Of a stretch of DNA of 58,380 bases, positions 54,031 to 58,380 are shown piece after piece. The DNA comes from a virus. Its lineage: Duplodnaviria; Caudoviricetes. The stretch is taken from the IMG/VR virus record IMGVR_UViG_3300044266_000460, positions 1 through 58,380 of that record; one strand, given 5' to 3'. The notes beneath the pieces were generated by a model that was given only the letters and a program-made list of their open reading frames with translations, had not been told where the DNA came from and ran no database searches. The translations under genes and the position numbers were made by a program. Every line of letters begins with the position of its first letter. Within the stretch, counting starts at the first letter, position 1.

Positions 54031-54693
54031 TTATGCAGTGTTTTTACGGATACGAGCTCGGTAATATTGTTTGGCGGTCAATACCACTGCCACTACCCAG
54101 GGCAATGCATGTTCATAAAAGTCATGCAGTTCATCCACGTGGGAATCAATGAATGACTCTTTGAGAATCATCTGCGTCGCCACCACAAACAATACACCGC
54201 TGCCCAGGAAAACACAGTCAGGATAACGCGCCAGCAGTTTACTGACCAATGTGCTGCCAAACAGTATAATGGGCACACTGATCAGCAGCCCAGCGACCAC
54301 GAGGGCAAAGTTACCATTGGCCGCTGCGGCAATACCCAGTGCATTGTCCAGGCCCATGACTGCATCAGCCACTACTACAGTGCCAATCGCACCCCAGAAC
54401 GTGTCGCTGGCTTTGACATCATGTTCACTGTCAGCAAAGGCCAATTTCCAACCAATGTAGATCAGGGCCAGTCCGCCAATGAGCTTTAGGCCTGGGATCA
54501 ACAGCAAATAACTCAGCACAGCGATCATCAAAAATCTAACGGCCACTGCACCTGCGGTGCCCCAGAGAATAACTTTTTGCCGTTGATGCTCTGGCAAGCG
54601 ATTGGCCACCATGCCAATCACCAGTGCATTATCGCCGGCCAGCACGATGTCAATCATTATGATGGCCGCTAGGGCCCAAATCAGTTCTAACAT
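54031..54693 (-). CDS. terC: TerC-family (YjbE-type) integral membrane protein
   Basis: IDIVLAGDNALVI, GGLALIYIGWKL, ADAVMGLDNALGIA, GLLISVPI. Confidence 0.9.
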   Translation of the reverse strand: MLELIWALAAIIMIDIVLAGDNALVIGMVANRLPEHQRQKVILWGTAGAVAVRFLMIAVLSYLLLIPGLKLIGGLALIYIGWKLAFADSEHDVKASDTFWGAIGTVVVADAVMGLDNALGIAAAANGNFALVVAGLLISVPIILFGSTLVSKLLARYPDCVFLGSGVLFVVATQMILKESFIDSHVDELHDFYEHALPWVVAVVLTAKQYYRARIRKNTA

Positions 54694-54707
54694 TTATTTC
54701 TCCTTGG

Positions 54708-54971
54708 TCAGTTACAGCGGATACCGTGACCCTGATCGTCCAGGATCTGCCGCACATTGCCATCACTGCCGGCGATGAATTTGAAACCTTCGATGCAGCG
54801 TGTATCAGTGTTGGACTGCTGGCTCACACTGCCCAAGCTTGACATTGGAACCATGCGACGCTCCACACTTATAGGTTGGCCAAAGATCGCGGGTAATGCA
54901 ATAGCGGAAATGATGCCAACAATTGCAATGACGATCATGAGTTCAATCAAAGTAAATCCTTGCGGTCGCAT
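54708..54971 (-). CDS. Type IV pilin-like protein (prepilin N-terminal cleavage/methylation motif)
   Basis: MRPQG|FTLIELMIVIAIVGIISAIALP; AAGGAG SD; an in-frame upstream start also exists at 55115. Confidence 0.8.
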   Translation of the reverse strand: MRPQGFTLIELMIVIAIVGIISAIALPAIFGQPISVERRMVPMSSLGSVSQQSNTDTRCIEGFKFIAGSDGNVRQILDDQGHGIRCN

Positions 54972-55107
54972 ATTATTCTCCTTTTTCTTCGTTGATTTTT
55001 GTTTCTTCGTTGATTTCTTTTTCAAGGCATTTGGATTATTGTACCAATGCCCTTCTCTCTCGCAAGTCGGGCACGGGCCAGGAGAACTTTGACCATGAAA
55101 ATAACAA

Positions 55108-55395
55108 TCAGCCATTATTGCATTCTCCTGGTTCATATTTCTGTTTGAGTTTGAGATACAATTTATATTCTGCCTTTTCTTCCGCTTGTTTCTGCTTCAG
55201 AAGATCACGCGCCAGGGCCTGTTTGACATACAGCTTCAACTCACCGCCACGCAGACCCTGTTTGCGATAGCCTTCTTTCGCATACTTGGCTTCATCGCTG
55301 TAGCAATCCCAGTTCACGTCACGGATGCCCGCGTCCATGATTATTGCGGCCCATTCATCCATTGCATCATGCCATGCTTTGATCCCGTCACCCAT
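55108..55395 (-). CDS. Hypothetical protein
   Basis: AAGGA SD; YLKLKQKYE. Confidence 0.65.
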   Translation of the reverse strand: MGDGIKAWHDAMDEWAAIIMDAGIRDVNWDCYSDEAKYAKEGYRKQGLRGGELKLYVKQALARDLLKQKQAEEKAEYKLYLKLKQKYEPGECNNG

Positions 55396-55408
55396 AACTA
55401 TCCTTGTA

Positions 55409-55573
55409 TTAAGATATGTAGAGCAACAACACCAACACTGGAAGACCGGCAAACACCATACCCAAAACCGCTCTACAAGCTAGTAATGGTTCGTTGATTA
55501 CTACCGCGGTCAGTGCCCACATACAACCCACTACTAAGATGCCAAATCCCAGTGCTTCCAGTATCCGTTTCAT
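55409..55573 (-). CDS. Small two-TM membrane protein (54 aa)
   Basis: Manual translation MKRILEALGFGILVVG...; TAATG-coupled to the SPFH gene. Confidence 0.55.
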   Translation of the reverse strand: MKRILEALGFGILVVGCMWALTAVVINEPLLACRAVLGMVFAGLPVLVLLLYIS

Positions 55574-56361
55574 TATTTGCCCATCATCAGCGCATTGAAG
55601 TTGGCCGGAACAACAATGGTCTGCACCTTGCCGTTCTTGATACCTTCACTAATATTCAATGCTGCCTGAGCCTGGATATAAGCGATACTTTGAGTGCTTT
55701 GGTTGGACAAAGCATTCATACGTTCAGCTTCCTTCTTGGCCGTCTGCACTTCCACTTCTTTGCGTTGCAGCTCGTTTTTGGCCTTGACCAGCTCATTGGC
55801 ACTGGCCACCACAGTGTCAGCAGGTTGGATGTTCTTGATCAAGACCTGCGTGATCATCACTGTGCCATCCAGTTTTTCTTCCTGGAGACTTTCCTGGATG
55901 TGATGCTTGATGTTGTTTTCCATGGTCTGACGATTGTCGTTCATCAGCAGGGCTTCATACTCACGCGCACTCTTGTAGGCTGCATTACGTGCCACCTGCA
56001 TGATGTAATTATACATCAGGTAAATCTCACCATGTTGGATAGTATGAAAGCCACGGTTCTTGGTGCTGTAGACTTCGGCCACTTGCTGCGGATTGATGCT
56101 GTAAACCACCACCATGTCAAAGTCTTTCATGGTGCTGTTGTCTTTGGCCACGGGTGTCAGGTTTTCAACTGCGGCGTTGATGTCCTTGACCGGAAACAAC
56201 AACACATCACCGATCAGTGTTTGATTGAACGAACCCGGCATCAGCTCACCCTGCTGGATCTGTCGATCAAAACCGATACGCACACCCACTTCGCCTGTTT
56301 GGACACGAGTGCAACCCGAAGCCAACACCACCAACGCTGCCACTGCAAAAAGCTTTTTCAT
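55573..56361 (-). CDS. SPFH/band 7 (prohibitin-like) lipoprotein
   Basis: ASGC lipobox, TGEVGVR, coiled-coil C-terminus, IVVP. Confidence 0.85.
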   Translation of the reverse strand: MKKLFAVAALVVLASGCTRVQTGEVGVRIGFDRQIQQGELMPGSFNQTLIGDVLLFPVKDINAAVENLTPVAKDNSTMKDFDMVVVYSINPQQVAEVYSTKNRGFHTIQHGEIYLMYNYIMQVARNAAYKSAREYEALLMNDNRQTMENNIKHHIQESLQEEKLDGTVMITQVLIKNIQPADTVVASANELVKAKNELQRKEVEVQTAKKEAERMNALSNQSTQSIAYIQAQAALNISEGIKNGKVQTIVVPANFNALMMGK

Positions 56362-56371
56362 TTGTTGCTCC

Positions 56372-56548
56372 TTAGAATAGAATTACAATTGTGATCAAAA
56401 ATCCAGTTGCTAATGTAGCGCACAGCATACTATATGCTGCCACTTTAGTCAACCGCCAGCGCTCCAACTGATTCAGGGCGCGATAGCCATTGATGCTGCA
56501 CCAAAAGATTAGAAATACTGCTGCAAACACCAAAAACATGCGGATCAT
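56372..56548 (-). CDS. Small two-TM membrane protein (58 aa)
   Basis: Manual translation MIRMFLVFAAVFLIFW...; GGAGG SD. Confidence 0.6.
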   Translation of the reverse strand: MIRMFLVFAAVFLIFWCSINGYRALNQLERWRLTKVAAYSMLCATLATGFLITIVILF

Positions 56549-56560
56549 ATGGTCCTCCGA

Positions 56561-57139
56561 TTAGCGCAGTTTGATGGGAGCCTGCACACCTTTTTCAAAC
56601 GTAGCCGCAGTGTCACCGGCAACCACGGGCTTGAACTTGGCCAAGTCAATCTTGGGATAACCTGCCATGCGCAGCCAAAAGCCAGTCCAGAAATAACCCA
56701 GCTGAGTTTCGTATGCCCGCTTTTCATCGATCAAGCGAGTCTGTTCGCGGGTGAACTCGTTGCGTCCACTTTCAATGACCTGGGCCATCTTGACGTAGAG
56801 TTTGCTGTCAAAGGGAATGTTGGATTCTTTGAGCCAGTTCATGACCGCTTTGCTGCCATTGGCGCCGTAACGAGCACTCAGGGCCGAGGTAACCACTTCC
56901 TTGAGATCATTCTTATACATCTCCGGCACCTGCACCAACTCCTGGACCTTGAGCGTGTATTGCCCCAGGACGTTTTGGTTGTTGGTCCACGCTGCTTCAA
57001 TATTCCGCTCAGCGCGATTGCCATAGTTATATGCGCTGATGTAGCTGGAGGCACAGGTGAATACCACAATACCTACAACGGCCAGCAGACTCAGACCCAC
57101 GATCATGCCAGTGCTGATTGCACCTTTGATACTTTTCAT
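56561..57139 (-). CDS. LemA-like membrane-anchored protein
   Basis: N-terminal TM, YN...E..I.AAW, IESGRNEF...L.D.KR.Y...FW. Confidence 0.6.
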   Translation of the reverse strand: MKSIKGAISTGMIVGLSLLAVVGIVVFTCASSYISAYNYGNRAERNIEAAWTNNQNVLGQYTLKVQELVQVPEMYKNDLKEVVTSALSARYGANGSKAVMNWLKESNIPFDSKLYVKMAQVIESGRNEFTREQTRLIDEKRAYETQLGYFWTGFWLRMAGYPKIDLAKFKPVVAGDTAATFEKGVQAPIKLR

Positions 57140-57180
57140 TTACTTCTCCTTGTTGAAGTTAGACTACCGATTCTACCACT

Positions 57181-57209
57181 ATTATACGTCCAAACCACAT
57201 TGCGGTCAA
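57181..57209 (-). promoter_or_regulatory. sigma70-like promoter
   Basis: TTGACC-17-TATAAT. Confidence 0.8.
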
Positions 57210-57214
57210 CTGGT

Positions 57215-58312
57215 TCAAAACCGCGAATCAAACGGATCGTTCTTGTAGAAATAATAACTGAGTCCCAGGCTAGACAACACGCCCAGGATCAGGGCCAAGA
57301 TGATCACCCACATAGCAGGTTCGATTTCATCCGCCAAATACTTGAAGTCGCTCATGGGGCGCCGCACAAATTGATCCATGGTATATTTGTTGATCAACTC
57401 CATGAACTTTGCACGATCAACTTCGCCCAGATCCTGTAGTGCATCACGCAGCTGGACCTTGAACATCTCCTGTTTGGTCCAGCTGGACACTTCCACCCAG
57501 TCAATCCGGGGCCACTGCGTCACACCCACAGCAATAATGATGTCGTTTTTCTTGCCACCCAACCACGCTGCATCTAGGGCGTTGATGTAATTGCGATCCG
57601 GGGTGTTGACGAATAGGATCACAGCATTGGCCTGCCGCTGTGGCCCTAGCCGACGTAGAGTCATGGACAGATCCTGGTTCCATGCTTGTATATCCGGCAC
57701 AGATACGTTCACCGGCAACACACGATTTATCTTGTATATGTCGTAGAGTTGATTGGGATATGCAGGAATCATGCCGGCAAATTTCTGGGCCAACAAGGGA
57801 TTGGCATGGAACAAACTGTCCGGAACGGCCTTGACATAGTTGACAAAGCTGACGTCACGGCTGCAGGGATCGCCGGTTTTGATCACGGTGTAACGAGCCG
57901 GATCCGGAGTCAGATACACCGCACGGCTGGTCCAGTCTTTGCTGTCAATACCAAACGTGCCAATGGTGCTGTTGGCAGTCCACTTCACTGTGTAGTGAGT
58001 GCGATAGCAGGTATCACAGGTTTGACTACAGGAGCGATTGTTGCCAGATCCCGAACAAGTTTGGCGGCAGTTACAGGAATAGGCTTCTTCATAGGTGTCA
58101 TGCACACGTTCCTTGCCAGTGATCTCACCGTTCCAAATCTCCACGTCGTGCGTTTTGCCTGCTATGCCCAGGAAGTAAACGACGCTGGTCAGCAATACCG
58201 CGACAATTGTGGTGCAGCCAATTTCCTGTAGTGTAATCTCCCGCGGCCAAATCGCCTTGGCGATCCAGGGCACAGGCAATATAAACAACATCAACAGCAT
58301 CCAAGTACCCAT
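57215..58312 (-). CDS. Membrane protein with Cys-rich periplasmic segment and TPM-like domain
   Basis: Two N-terminal TMs, YSCNCRQTC...CDTCY, W.GGKKNDIII, C-terminal TM. Confidence 0.65.
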   Translation of the reverse strand: MGTWMLLMLFILPVPWIAKAIWPREITLQEIGCTTIVAVLLTSVVYFLGIAGKTHDVEIWNGEITGKERVHDTYEEAYSCNCRQTCSGSGNNRSCSQTCDTCYRTHYTVKWTANSTIGTFGIDSKDWTSRAVYLTPDPARYTVIKTGDPCSRDVSFVNYVKAVPDSLFHANPLLAQKFAGMIPAYPNQLYDIYKINRVLPVNVSVPDIQAWNQDLSMTLRRLGPQRQANAVILFVNTPDRNYINALDAAWLGGKKNDIIIAVGVTQWPRIDWVEVSSWTKQEMFKVQLRDALQDLGEVDRAKFMELINKYTMDQFVRRPMSDFKYLADEIEPAMWVIILALILGVLSSLGLSYYFYKNDPFDSRF

Positions 58313-58380
58313 TATTTCTCCTTTATTTTACCAACTCCACCAAAACACGATCCTCGATCCATCTAGATCATCGATGGGAA

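Noticed and set aside
56424-56452. TTGACT...TATAGT promoter-like sequence
   Set aside because: Spacing is too short for sigma70 and it lies inside a plausible 58-aa membrane ORF
1-58380. Stop-codon reassignment, tRNA or rRNA genes
   Set aside because: TAA, TAG and TGA all terminate tightly packed full-length genes; no cloverleaf or rRNA-like stretch was seen in the short intergenic gaps

Overview
A densely coded, mostly minus-strand segment of a large (jumbo-type) T4-related myophage genome. The host is probably a Gram-negative proteobacterium, inferred from the spanins, lipoproteins, outer-membrane beta-barrel, type IV pilin-like gene and sigma70-like promoters. The left ~33 kb is mainly late/virion genes under TAAATA late-promoter boxes: an uncharacterised envelope-protein operon, a kinase, a 970-aa double-nucleotidyltransferase/zincin polyprotein, ClpA, DnaJ, spanins, PhoH, clamp loader, GroES, a split DnaE fragment, and baseplate, fibre and gp38-like adhesin genes. 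The right ~25 kb is mostly small early/accessory genes driven by many near-consensus sigma70 promoters: SOD, IF-1, phosphoesterase, HNH endonuclease, ferredoxin, SleB, NadE, Hc1, bL12-like, methyltransferase, Toprim, porin, GNAT, TerC, pilin, SPFH and LemA-like. Strongest candidate systems: (1) unrelated enzymes sharing a T4 capsid-targeting-like N-terminal motif, L/V-x-E linkers and leaderless late promoters, suggesting a packaged, protease-matured effector cargo; (2) repeated promoter/UTR cassettes paired with a CGCGCTAAGTCATTGATT motif, suggesting gene-shuffling or regulatory modules; (3) a five-gene envelope operon. No tRNA, rRNA, CRISPR array or reverse transcriptase was recognised. All product calls come from motifs read by eye; no database searches were run.
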